Assembly: GCA_030616775.1 (NCBI GenBank)
Contig: JAUWWQ010000003.1
Span: forward strand, 10,794-74,793
Reading direction: 5' to 3'
Source: Planctomycetota bacterium
GTDB taxonomy: Bacteria > Planctomycetota > Phycisphaerae > UBA1845
DNA: 64,000 nt
A program made the position numbers and the translations under genes. Numbering within the stretch: position 1 is the first letter of the stretch; every line of letters starts with the position of its first letter. A model generated the notes under the pieces. That model had not been told where the DNA came from and did no database searches. It was given only the letters and a program-made list of their open reading frames with translations. Shown in pieces: positions 56,035 to 64,000 of the stretch.

Positions 56035-57597
56035 ATGGAGGTCACACTCGACGGGAACTCGCTATCGATCGAACAGATTCATTCAGTGGCTCGCCGTGGG
56101 GCCAAGGTGTTGGTGTCCCCGGAAGCCCGGGCGAATGTCCAACGCTCCCGTGACGTTGTCGAGCGATGCGTAGCGGCTGGGACCGCTGTCTATGGCGTTA
56201 CCACCGGCATCGGGGAGTTCGCCCGCATCCGCATCTCGCTCGAGCAATGCGCCGAATTGCAGCGACGAATCGTTTACAGCCACTCAGCGGGCACGGGTGA
56301 TCCGCAGCCCAAAGATGTGGTTCGGGCGGCCATGCTGTGCCGGGCCAACACTCTGGCTAAGGGTTACTCCGGTGTGCGTCTTTGTTTGTTGGACACCGTG
56401 ATCGACATGATCAACAAGGGCGTGGTCCCCTACATCAACGAAAAGGGTTCGTTGGGGACCAGTGGTGACCTCTCGCCGCTTTCGCAATTCGCCGAGGTGG
56501 CCATCGGCGAGGGGCGGGCCTATTACAGGGGCGAACTGATGCCGGGCGGGGAGGCGATGAAGCGGGCCGGCATCAAGCCCACCGATCTGACCTATAAGGA
56601 GGGCCTCGGCCTGATCAACGGCTCGCAGATGATGACCGGCGGGGCGGCACTTTTGATCTATGATGCCGAGCGCATCCTCAAGAACGCCATGATTGCCAGC
56701 GCTATGACACTGGATGCCCTTCGCGCCGTCGCCCGGGCGTTCGATCCGCTGGTTCATCGCGTTCGACCTTTCCCAGGGCAGAATGCGGTAGCCGGCAATC
56801 TGCTACGCCTGATCGCCAACAGCGAGGTGATGGCCCATCGAACGGGGCGCGTTCAGGACGGCTATAGCATTCGTTGCACGCCGCAGATCATGGGTGCATC
56901 GCTTGATACTCTGGAACACGTCCGCAGGATCATCAATATCGAGGTCAACGCCGCAGCGGATAATCCCCTCTTTTTTGGGGAAGAGGACGAATACTTCGCC
57001 GCGGGCAACTTCCACGGGCAGGGGATCGGGATGGTCGTCGACTTTCTATGCATCGCCATGTCGGAGGTGGCCAACCTTTCCGAGCGGCACACCAACCGGT
57101 TACTAAACCCGGTGCTCTCCGGCTTGCCCGACTTTCTTGTGGAAGGTAAAGGGCTCAACTCCGGTCTGATGGTGTCGCAATACACGGCTGCGGCGCTGGT
57201 CTCGGAGAATAAGGTGCTGTCTCATCCCGCCTCGGTTGACTCGATCAGCGTATCGGCTGATCAGGAGGATCATGTCAGCATGGGGCCGATCGCGGTACGC
57301 AAGTGCACCGAGATCCTCAAGAACGTCCGGACGGTGTTGGCGATCGAGATGATGTCGGCCGCGCAGGCGTTCGAGTTCCATGAGGGTCGTCGGCCCGGCA
57401 AGGGAACCGCCACTGCGTACGACCTGATCCGCTCGAAGGTACCCAAGCTGGTGGACGACCGGGTGCTCTACCCGGACATCGAGGACATCCGTCAAATGGT
57501 CGAGGATTGCAGCATCTTAGATGCGGTGGAGAAGGAGATCGGGCCGCTCAACCTGGCCCGCGACATGGAACTACCCCGGCCGAACGTCCCGGCGTAG
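56035..57597 (+). CDS. hutH: Histidine ammonia-lyase family enzyme (MIO-dependent aromatic amino acid lyase/aminomutase family)
   Basis: 520 aa. MIO region GSLGTSGDLSPLS, SH pair in VYSHSAG, and QEDHVSMG. The symbol is tentative because the MIO triad is TSG and no other hut genes are adjacent. Confidence 0.8.
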   Translation: MEVTLDGNSLSIEQIHSVARRGAKVLVSPEARANVQRSRDVVERCVAAGTAVYGVTTGIGEFARIRISLEQCAELQRRIVYSHSAGTGDPQPKDVVRAAMLCRANTLAKGYSGVRLCLLDTVIDMINKGVVPYINEKGSLGTSGDLSPLSQFAEVAIGEGRAYYRGELMPGGEAMKRAGIKPTDLTYKEGLGLINGSQMMTGGAALLIYDAERILKNAMIASAMTLDALRAVARAFDPLVHRVRPFPGQNAVAGNLLRLIANSEVMAHRTGRVQDGYSIRCTPQIMGASLDTLEHVRRIINIEVNAAADNPLFFGEEDEYFAAGNFHGQGIGMVVDFLCIAMSEVANLSERHTNRLLNPVLSGLPDFLVEGKGLNSGLMVSQYTAAALVSENKVLSHPASVDSISVSADQEDHVSMGPIAVRKCTEILKNVRTVLAIEMMSAAQAFEFHEGRRPGKGTATAYDLIRSKVPKLVDDRVLYPDIEDIRQMVEDCSILDAVEKEIGPLNLARDMELPRPNVPA

Positions 57598-57730
57598 GGG
57601 CGGCAGTAGGGCAGAGTCTGGCGCAGCCAGGCTGTGGGCGCGCTTGCCGTCGACAAGTTTCACCAAACCTGGGTGCCATGTTATTGTCGTGGACGTGCCG
57701 GCAATTACCCAGGCGATTTGGACCTTCAAG

Positions 57731-58945
57731 GTGAAAGCAATCGCAGTTGTCGGTGCTGGGACGATGGGGGCGGGGGTTGCACAACTGGCGGCTACGCATG
57801 GCTGCATCGTCTACCTGAATGATATCGATGGCGAGGTGATTCAGCGCGGGATCGACGGCATCGTCGCTCGCCTGGAGCGCTCGGTCGACAAGGGTAGGCT
57901 GAAGCGCCGCGATCGGGATGCCATTTTGGGCCGCATCAAGCCCGCGGACGCAATTTGCGACCTGAGCGACGTCGATCTAGCGGTCGAGGCGGTTGTCGAG
58001 GACCTTGCTGTCAAACAGGAGGTGTTCGCCACGCTCGAAGAGGGCCTTTCGGCGTCGGCTGTCTTGGCCACTAACACCTCGTCCCTATCCATCACCCGGA
58101 TTGCGGAAGCAGTCAAGAACCCATCCCGCGTGGTTGGCATGCATTTTTTCAATCCCGCACCGGTCATGCCGCTTGTAGAGGTCATCGCCGGGCGTGCCAG
58201 TGACGAAGCATCCGTCGATTTCGCGTGCAAAGTGGCGGAAGGTTGGGGTAAGGTCCCTGTGCGGGCAAAGGACACGCCGGGGTTCATCGTGAACCGTGTG
58301 GCCCGCGGCTTCTATCTGGAGGCGCTTCGACTCCGCAGCGAGGGTGTGGCCGGTGTTGATGAAATCGACGCGGTGATGCGCACGCACGGCAAATTCAAGA
58401 TGGGGCCGTTCGAGCTGATGGACCTGATCGGTCTCGACGTGAACCTGGCGGTCAGCACATCGATCTGGGAGCAAACGGGCAAGCCTGCTCGGTTCAGGGT
58501 GCACGAGATGCAACAGCAGCTCGTCGACCAGGGTCATCTGGGCCGCAAGTCGGGTCGAGGTTTTTACCTGCATGACGGCGAGACGCCCCTGCCGGCCGTT
58601 GCAGTTGATCGGCGCAGCTACGAGCTTTCACCGCTGCTCTCCGATGCCATGTTGGCGTTTTCGGCCAGGGCCGGGGCCGCACAGACATCCAGCACCGAGC
58701 GGTACGTTTTCTGCCGGATTCTCAGTGCGGTCATCAACGAAGCCGGTTTGCTCTTTTCGGACAACGTAGCCACTCGCAAGGATATCGACATCGCCATGGT
58801 CAAGGGCGCCAATTACCCGAAGGGTCCGCTGGCCTGGGCGGATGACATCGGCCATCGCACGGTGCGCGGCCTGCTCAAAGGCTTGAACAGCACCGTGTCC
58901 GACGGGCGTTATGAGCCGGCCCCGCTGTTTGCCGACGCACAGTGA
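57731..58945 (+). CDS. 3-hydroxyacyl-CoA / 3-hydroxybutyryl-CoA dehydrogenase (PaaH-like, extended C-terminus)
   Basis: Rossmann motif IAVVGAGTMGAGVA and NTSSLSI, with duplicated C-terminal helical domains. The GTG start at 57731 is a guess; the ORF is open from 57521. Confidence 0.8.
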   Translation: MKAIAVVGAGTMGAGVAQLAATHGCIVYLNDIDGEVIQRGIDGIVARLERSVDKGRLKRRDRDAILGRIKPADAICDLSDVDLAVEAVVEDLAVKQEVFATLEEGLSASAVLATNTSSLSITRIAEAVKNPSRVVGMHFFNPAPVMPLVEVIAGRASDEASVDFACKVAEGWGKVPVRAKDTPGFIVNRVARGFYLEALRLRSEGVAGVDEIDAVMRTHGKFKMGPFELMDLIGLDVNLAVSTSIWEQTGKPARFRVHEMQQQLVDQGHLGRKSGRGFYLHDGETPLPAVAVDRRSYELSPLLSDAMLAFSARAGAAQTSSTERYVFCRILSAVINEAGLLFSDNVATRKDIDIAMVKGANYPKGPLAWADDIGHRTVRGLLKGLNSTVSDGRYEPAPLFADAQ

Positions 58946-58953
58946 CTCCCCCG

Positions 58954-58980
58954 AGCCGCGGGCTTCAGCCCGCGCGGACA
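58954..58980 (+). repeat. 27-nt palindromic element, reference copy GAGCCGCGGGCTTCAGCCCGCGCGGAC
   Basis: 7-bp stem CGCGGGC/GCCCGCG with loop TTCA. It starts 9 nt after the dehydrogenase stop. Confidence 0.85.
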
Positions 58981-59111
58981 TACGGCGGTACACGGTGGCG
59001 GGTGGAGCGAGGTGACACTCCTCACATGGGGTCTGGGAGTGTCGAACGGTTACTGATCCTAGTAAGATAAGTCGCTGAATACTCAGCGGTCCGAGACGTG
59101 GAGAGGCGACA

Positions 59112-59846
59112 ATGCCGCAGAATGAAACGGCGCCGGAGCATCCTGACGGCGACACGACCAGCATCTTACGCAGAACCGTTCAGTCCGTTGTGGCTGGGAT
59201 GTCAGGGCTCGCGTCATCAGACCGAAAGGAGGTCATCCTCTCGGTCGGACGTGTGTTCCAAGCGATGGTCGCGGGTAAGTTCTTGTCCCAGCTGGAGAGA
59301 GAGTGGGAGGACCTCCGCAGGAAGGGGCGGATCAAGGACGACTATGATAGCACGTCGCAGAGCAGGGCTTGTCTAAGCGACTTGCTTCGCTATTTGGACT
59401 CGGAGGTTCCCGACGAAAAGCGCCTTGATCTACTGAAGAAGATCTTTCTCGTTGCGGCGACAGAAGAGGTCTCTGATCGAGAAAGCCATCTCCCACAACA
59501 ATTCATGCAGATCTGCCGAAACCTCTCCACCGGGGAGATCCTCGTCCTGGTGACCACGTACGCGGTTGCGGACCAGAAGGACTACAAGTCTAGTGCACCC
59601 AACGAAGCCCAGACGTGGTTGCGTCTGATCGGCGACAGGTCTGGTCTGAAGCACGAGGAACTCGTGGAGCTTCACGAACAATCACTCATGGAGAAACATC
59701 TGCTCACGCGGCGCTTCTACGGCGACCGCAGCGGTGTATCGCTCGGTAAGCATTTTCGCCTGAGCAATCTTGGATACGAGCTGTGCAGGTTTCTCGCCCA
59801 TTACGACAAGGAAACGGAGTCGGCCGCCCAGCCATCGGATGGGTGA
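59112..59846 (+). CDS. Abi-alpha (DUF4393)-like protein, possible abortive-infection/defence gene
   Basis: The helical pattern LLRYLDSEVPDEKRLDLLKKIFLVAATEE...QQFMQICRNLSTGEILVL resembles, from memory, the Abi_alpha core (leDdeLqelwAnLLasa...iLkqLsp.eA.iL). Not verifiable without a search. Confidence 0.4.
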   Translation: MPQNETAPEHPDGDTTSILRRTVQSVVAGMSGLASSDRKEVILSVGRVFQAMVAGKFLSQLEREWEDLRRKGRIKDDYDSTSQSRACLSDLLRYLDSEVPDEKRLDLLKKIFLVAATEEVSDRESHLPQQFMQICRNLSTGEILVLVTTYAVADQKDYKSSAPNEAQTWLRLIGDRSGLKHEELVELHEQSLMEKHLLTRRFYGDRSGVSLGKHFRLSNLGYELCRFLAHYDKETESAAQPSDG

Positions 59847-60060
59847 CCGCGCAAACGCGTGGATGCACGAACTAACATCCCGCCACGAACGTTGTATGAG
59901 TTACTCAAAGCAAGACAGGGTTGCGCCCCCGCGACCTAGACGTGTGTGCAAGATGTGGGTGAGGTGGAGCCCACCGTATGACTATGCTGTCCGTCGGTGA
60001 ATAACCCAAATTCCAGTTAAAATCCGCGGTTTCACCGTCGGACGCAGTTGAAATGTGGGG

Positions 60061-60087
60061 GTCCGCGCAGGCTGAAGCCTGCGGCTC
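60061..60087 (-). repeat. 27-nt palindromic element, inverted copy with a compensatory stem change (GTCCGCGCAGGCTGAAGCCTGCGGCTC)
   Basis: Relative to 58954-58980, one G-C pair becomes A-T through changes on both arms. Confidence 0.85.
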
Positions 60088-60215
60088 AGGGCGGCGCGTA
60101 GTGGTGAATTATAGCTGGACTCGCCATAACCCCCCGTGAGCGTCGCAGACGGTTGAAGACTCACAGGTCCGCCTTGACGGCGGACCCATGCCACCCGACG
60201 CGTGAAGAACGACCT

Positions 60216-62336
60216 ATGAACATCCGATCCGCCCGGGCAAACTGTGTTGAGCTTGTGACGCTTGGTGCTATTCTGCTGCTCTTTGCGGTGGTTTCTGTAG
60301 TCGGCATCACGTGGGGTTTGCCGAGTCGGACAATCGACAAGTATCTCTTCGGCGATGATCCGCCGTGGCCGGGGGAGAAGATCTATCGGCTGGCCGGGGC
60401 CGCGGAGAAGTTCTCGCCCGATCGCGGGGCCGATGTCGATGCCGATCCGCTGGATAGATCAGGGGACGACCCCGTCCTGCTGACTGAGACCGAAGAGGAC
60501 ATTGCCAAGATCTATCTTCGCTATCGGCTGTACACCTATCAGCCTGACGAGATGATCACGATGATGGCCCTGGCGGGGATGAAGCCACGCAGGCTTGAAC
60601 TCGACCCCAGGCTCTATCAGTACGGCGGCCTGTTCATTTACCCGGTGGGGGCGCTGATCGGGGCGTGTGGTTCTGTCGGCTTGATCGACGTGCGCAGCGA
60701 CATCGTCTACTACCTCGACAACCCGGATGAGTTCGGCAAGTTCTACATGGTCGCCCGGGCATACTCGGCCGTTTGGGGACTCGTTGGTGTGGTGATCGTC
60801 TTTGCCATCGCCAGACGATTGAGCGGCCTGCGAGCCGGGCTCCTTGCGGGGCTGTTGTTTACGCTCATGCCGGTTGTCGTCTGCATGGCCCACGAGGGCA
60901 AGCCGCACCTGCCCGGGGCGGTCCTTATGCTGACGGCCGTGCTGTTCGCAATGCGGTATCTCGATTATGCCACCTCGCGCAACTGGTGGCTGATGTGCAT
61001 CTGTTGCGGGGCGGCGCTGGGGATGGTGTTGTCGTCCTGGCCGATCTTTGTGTTGATTCCGTTGATCGCATGGCTGGAAACACGAGGCACGAAGGGCGGC
61101 ACCCCGCGCGGAGTCACAAACGCTGAGCAATCGCCACTCCCGCACGTTAGTCCGCGTGGGCTCCCGATAGATCGGGATTCCATTCCGCCCGCGGCTCGGA
61201 ACGGAAACGCAGGCGTCCTTGGCGTTGGGATCAAGCGAACCGTCGGTGGGGTCGTCATCGGGGCGCTCGTGTACTCTATCACGAACCCGTACATCTTGAT
61301 TAACGCGTTCGTCAATCGCGAGGTGCTGAGCAGCAATTTCGGCAACTCGCTGGCCATGTACGAGATTTCCCGGATCGGCGAGGGATTTATTCGCGTGCTC
61401 GAATTGACCGTCGAGGGTGCGACACTGCCGATAGTGGCTCTCGGGGCAGTTGCACTTTTCGTTTCGTGTCTCCGAATGGGTGGCGCGGGTAAACGTAGCT
61501 TGGACGTGGTTGGTGGTTACGCAAACCGGGGCGAGCAGGTTGACGATCGGCATACCGGCGCTTCGCTTGGGCTCGGCACCCGGCATGACACCCGGTATGA
61601 CACCCGAAAGAAAAACGCGTTGATCATTCCACTGGTGGTTCCTGCGGCCGTGCTCTTCCTGCAGTTCGTGCTGATCGGTGCCGGCAAGCCGGCCGAATAT
61701 GGCCGGTTCGGCGTCTTCACCAACACAGCTCTGGCGATCGGCACCGCCTGCCTCCTGGCCCACCGCTGGACGAAACTGCGCGAGATCGTCAACTGGGTCC
61801 CGGCGATATTCGTTCTAATCTGGGTTGCGGGCTTTGGGGCCGCCTACCTGCGCAACTTCTACATCGATTCCACGGGGCAAAACTCCCGGACCTTGCTGGC
61901 GGAAGAGACCACTTGGTTGGAGCTTCGTGATGCCGTGGATTCCAATCTGACGGATTCTGCTGGACTAGCGCCCATCACGGTTCAAAGCGAGCCCGCGCCG
62001 TACTGCTTCCCTCCCCTAGATTTCCGGAAGACCGTTGTGCTTCTCGTGAAGCAACCCGAACCGCCGGCAACCGCGACTTGCAGGCGCCTGTTCCTCCGAA
62101 CGCTTGATCGGCGGACCGGGGCAAGGAGCGGCACATGCCAGGATGATCCGTTCGCCCGGTGCATAAGCAGGTTTGAACGTCCCGAAGCAGAGGCATGGTC
62201 GGACCCAATCGACACACCGATAAGTTGGGCCAATAAGCCTTTCGAGGTCTTGAGCTACGTCACAGTCTACTACGGTAACGAATCCCCCTCACGAATGCAG
62301 GAACCTCCAGAACGCGGGCGGACGCAGCAGCCCTGA
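60216..62336 (+). CDS. Large polytopic membrane protein, GT-C glycosyltransferase-like (ArnT/PMT-like), with low-complexity insertions
   Basis: Many TM segments and an early DE-containing loop (YQPDEMI). Start taken at the ATG at 60216. Confidence 0.45.
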   Translation: MNIRSARANCVELVTLGAILLLFAVVSVVGITWGLPSRTIDKYLFGDDPPWPGEKIYRLAGAAEKFSPDRGADVDADPLDRSGDDPVLLTETEEDIAKIYLRYRLYTYQPDEMITMMALAGMKPRRLELDPRLYQYGGLFIYPVGALIGACGSVGLIDVRSDIVYYLDNPDEFGKFYMVARAYSAVWGLVGVVIVFAIARRLSGLRAGLLAGLLFTLMPVVVCMAHEGKPHLPGAVLMLTAVLFAMRYLDYATSRNWWLMCICCGAALGMVLSSWPIFVLIPLIAWLETRGTKGGTPRGVTNAEQSPLPHVSPRGLPIDRDSIPPAARNGNAGVLGVGIKRTVGGVVIGALVYSITNPYILINAFVNREVLSSNFGNSLAMYEISRIGEGFIRVLELTVEGATLPIVALGAVALFVSCLRMGGAGKRSLDVVGGYANRGEQVDDRHTGASLGLGTRHDTRYDTRKKNALIIPLVVPAAVLFLQFVLIGAGKPAEYGRFGVFTNTALAIGTACLLAHRWTKLREIVNWVPAIFVLIWVAGFGAAYLRNFYIDSTGQNSRTLLAEETTWLELRDAVDSNLTDSAGLAPITVQSEPAPYCFPPLDFRKTVVLLVKQPEPPATATCRRLFLRTLDRRTGARSGTCQDDPFARCISRFERPEAEAWSDPIDTPISWANKPFEVLSYVTVYYGNESPSRMQEPPERGRTQQP
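61150..61197 (-). repeat. Split/expanded copy of the palindromic element inside the glycosyltransferase-like ORF, in frame (SPRGL...PAAR)
   Basis: GTCCGCGTGGGC, then a 25-nt insert containing its own hairpin CCCGAT-AG-ATCGGG, then GCCCGCGGCTC. Confidence 0.55.
61577..61612 (+). repeat. 12-bp tandem repeat (CACCCGGCATGA / CACCCGGTATGA / CACCCGAAAGAA) in coding sequence
   Basis: Read directly. It encodes TRHD-TRYD-TRKK. Confidence 0.7.
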
Positions 62337-62431
62337 CGGTCAAGACACGCAGTCTTGACCAGGTGCCGATGAGCACATAACCTGCCAACCTCGTTTCAGG
62401 TGCAAGCAGGACCCTGATCAGGAGAATATCA

Positions 62432-62788
62432 ATGCCTAACCCATTGTGCCATTTTGAGTTGATGACGGATGAGCCCGAGAAGTGCAAGGCCTTTTACGGG
62501 GCTGTGTTTGATTGGAAATTCGACGATGCCTCGATGCCGGGGTATACGCTGATTAACGCCGGGGCGGAGCCCAGCGGCGGTGTATTTCCCAGGCCGCCGG
62601 AGGTGCCGGGCGTCTGCATGAACGTCTACTTCCGAGTCCAGGATATCGACGAGACACTGAACAAGGTTACGGAACATGGCGGGCAGGTCCTGGTCCCGAA
62701 AACCGCGATCCCCAACGTCGGACACTTTGCCATGTTCGCCGACCCGGAGGCCATCCCGATCGGGATCTTGCAGGCAACAAGCCAGTAA
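62432..62788 (+). CDS. VOC (glyoxalase/bleomycin-resistance) family protein
   Basis: 118 aa. The pattern HFELMTDEPEKCKAFYGAVFDWKF...GHFAMFADPEA is typical of VOC proteins. Confidence 0.8.
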   Translation: MPNPLCHFELMTDEPEKCKAFYGAVFDWKFDDASMPGYTLINAGAEPSGGVFPRPPEVPGVCMNVYFRVQDIDETLNKVTEHGGQVLVPKTAIPNVGHFAMFADPEAIPIGILQATSQ

Positions 62789-62861
62789 AGTCGGCCAGAC
62801 GCTGCCAACTGGTTTCAGCCGATAACTAACAGACTCAAACTGACCGATATCTCGCTCCCAA

Positions 62862-62887
62862 GGCGCAGACTTGAAGTCTGCGCGGAC
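62862..62887 (+). repeat. Palindromic element variant (GGCGCAGACTTGAAGTCTGCGCGGAC) with two compensatory stem pairs
   Basis: It shares the CGC...GCGCGGAC frame with the reference copy. The stem GGGC/GCCC is replaced by AGAC/GTCT. Confidence 0.7.
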
Positions 62888-62923
62888 TGCCAATTGCTAT
62901 TGACGCTGATTCGGAGAACGCGA

Positions 62924-62950
62924 CGCCAGGCGGGCTTTAAGCCCGCGGCT
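62924..62950 (-). repeat. Palindromic element variant in inverted orientation (CGCCAGGCGGGCTTTAAGCCCGCGGCTT)
   Basis: It forms an inverted pair with 62862-62887, 36 nt away. Confidence 0.65.
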
Positions 62951-63083
62951 TAAGGGTCTGCGGTCAATCGCAACGAACAAATCGGTGGTTTGAGTAACAG
63001 ACGGTTTACACCAACGCTCGTGTGTGAATAGAATAACAGACGGACCAGAGTGCCGATAAAGGGGGTTACTTGCAGGCGTCGAA

Positions 63084-64000
63084 ATGGGGTTCAGCGTGAG
63101 AAATCATATTCTCAGCCTGCTGCCGGTAGGCCCGGGGGTTGTTCGGCTACAGATCCGGCGATGGTACATCGGTCACACCTTGCGGATCGTCGCATCCGCA
63201 ACATCCGTAGCACTTTCCATCAGCATCGCATCGAGCGCGGTGGCCAAGCCACGTAATCTGCACGGCCATAAGGTTGTCAGGGTAACTGTGGCGAATAAGG
63301 CAGAGCTGGCCGCCCTGCGGGAGATGGAGGCCGCCAGTCGCGACATCGAGATTTGGTCGGAAGGTATTGGCGGACCCACCATCGATGTACGTGTGTCACC
63401 AAAGCAAAAGCGTGCGTTGGACCGCTCCGGGTTCCGCTACGAGGTGCTGATCGAAGACCTCCAGGCGAAATACGATGAGCTGTATTCCGCACCCGCAGGG
63501 GCAGGATTCTTCGATGCCTATCGCACATATGCCGAGCACGTTGCATTTATGAATGATCTCGTAGCGACCTATCCGGACCTGGCGACTATGGTCAACCTGG
63601 GAGAGTCGTGGAACGGACGTATTCTGTGGGCGATTCATATTACCGGCCCGGGTGGTGACAAACCCGGCGTCATGTACCACGGAGGCCAGCACGGCAACGA
63701 AATCATGGGGCCCTGCGTGGTGGCTTATCTGGCCCAGCAGCTTCTTGCCAACTACAACAGTGATCCTGTTACCGCAGCACTGGTCGACAACATGGAGTGG
63801 TTTCTGCTCCCGATCATGAACCCTGACGGGTATGAAGCCGGAAGCCGCTATAACGACCACGGGGTTGACTTGAATCGCAACTGGGGCGGGCCGGGTACCG
63901 GCGCAAGTGCGTTTTCGGAGCCTGAGACGGTAGCAATGCGTGATTTCTTCCTATCCCATCCCAACGTTCAGGCCCATGTTGATCTACACTCCTACGGTTA
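63084..64000 (+). CDS. M14 zinc carboxypeptidase with N-terminal propeptide; 3' end lies outside the window
   Basis: Translated by hand and not listed in the supplied ORF track (presumably because the ORF runs off the 3' end of the window without a stop). Signal-like N-terminus, a propeptide-like segment, then HGGQHGNE (HxxE zinc site), MNPDGY, VDLNRNW and VDLHSYG. Confidence 0.85.
   Translation, partial: MGFSVRNHILSLLPVGPGVVRLQIRRWYIGHTLRIVASATSVALSISIASSAVAKPRNLHGHKVVRVTVANKAELAALREMEAASRDIEIWSEGIGGPTIDVRVSPKQKRALDRSGFRYEVLIEDLQAKYDELYSAPAGAGFFDAYRTYAEHVAFMNDLVATYPDLATMVNLGESWNGRILWAIHITGPGGDKPGVMYHGGQHGNEIMGPCVVAYLAQQLLANYNSDPVTAALVDNMEWFLLPIMNPDGYEAGSRYNDHGVDLNRNWGGPGTGASAFSEPETVAMRDFFLSHPNVQAHVDLHSYG

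Noticed and set aside
60459-61763. 434-aa ORF on the minus strand
   Set aside because: It is antisense to the polytopic membrane protein ORF, and its Arg/His/Pro-rich composition marks it as a shadow ORF.
1-64000. Search for CRISPR arrays, rRNA, tmRNA, RNase P and SRP RNA signatures
   Set aside because: No regularly spaced direct repeats of 25-40 nt were seen, and none of the conserved core motifs of these RNAs. This was an eye scan only, so small RNAs cannot be excluded.

Overview
High-GC (about 60%) bacterial chromosomal window. The gene content looks Planctomycetota-like: an IPTL-CTERM anchor, HAF repeats, FG-GAP repeats, dockerin-like tails and DUF1579. This placement is inferred from gene content, not from a search. 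Most of the window is housekeeping: gatB, aroK plus a fused aroD-aroE, sppA, valS, folD, mfd, rnd, gyrA, an M16 peptidase pair, a Sua5-phosphatase fusion, rpiB, a HAL-family lyase and a 3-hydroxyacyl-CoA dehydrogenase. These are interleaved with secreted or surface proteins and membrane glycosyltransferase-like proteins. The left end carries a PrpD-like / CitD-CitE fusion / CitF cluster. That cluster is split by an IS200-like REP-associated tyrosine transposase (RAYT) flanked by inverted 24-nt REP hairpins. The most unusual signal is a second, unrelated 27-nt GC-rich hairpin element (GAGCCGCGGGCTTCAGCCCGCGCGGAC) with at least 8 copies. Its stem shows compensatory substitutions between copies. 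Inverted pairs of the element bracket a single Abi-alpha-like gene. Three copies lie in frame inside intact ORFs (gatB, mfd and a membrane glycosyltransferase-like gene), in three different reading frames, which recalls the Rickettsia palindromic elements. Other items worth a second look are a twin-arginine-signal protein with two knottin-like C-C-CC-C-C modules, an 8-bp x4 microsatellite inside valS, a HAL with a Thr-Ser-Gly MIO triad, and 7-nt phased repeat arrays. No rRNA, tRNA or CRISPR array was found by eye.
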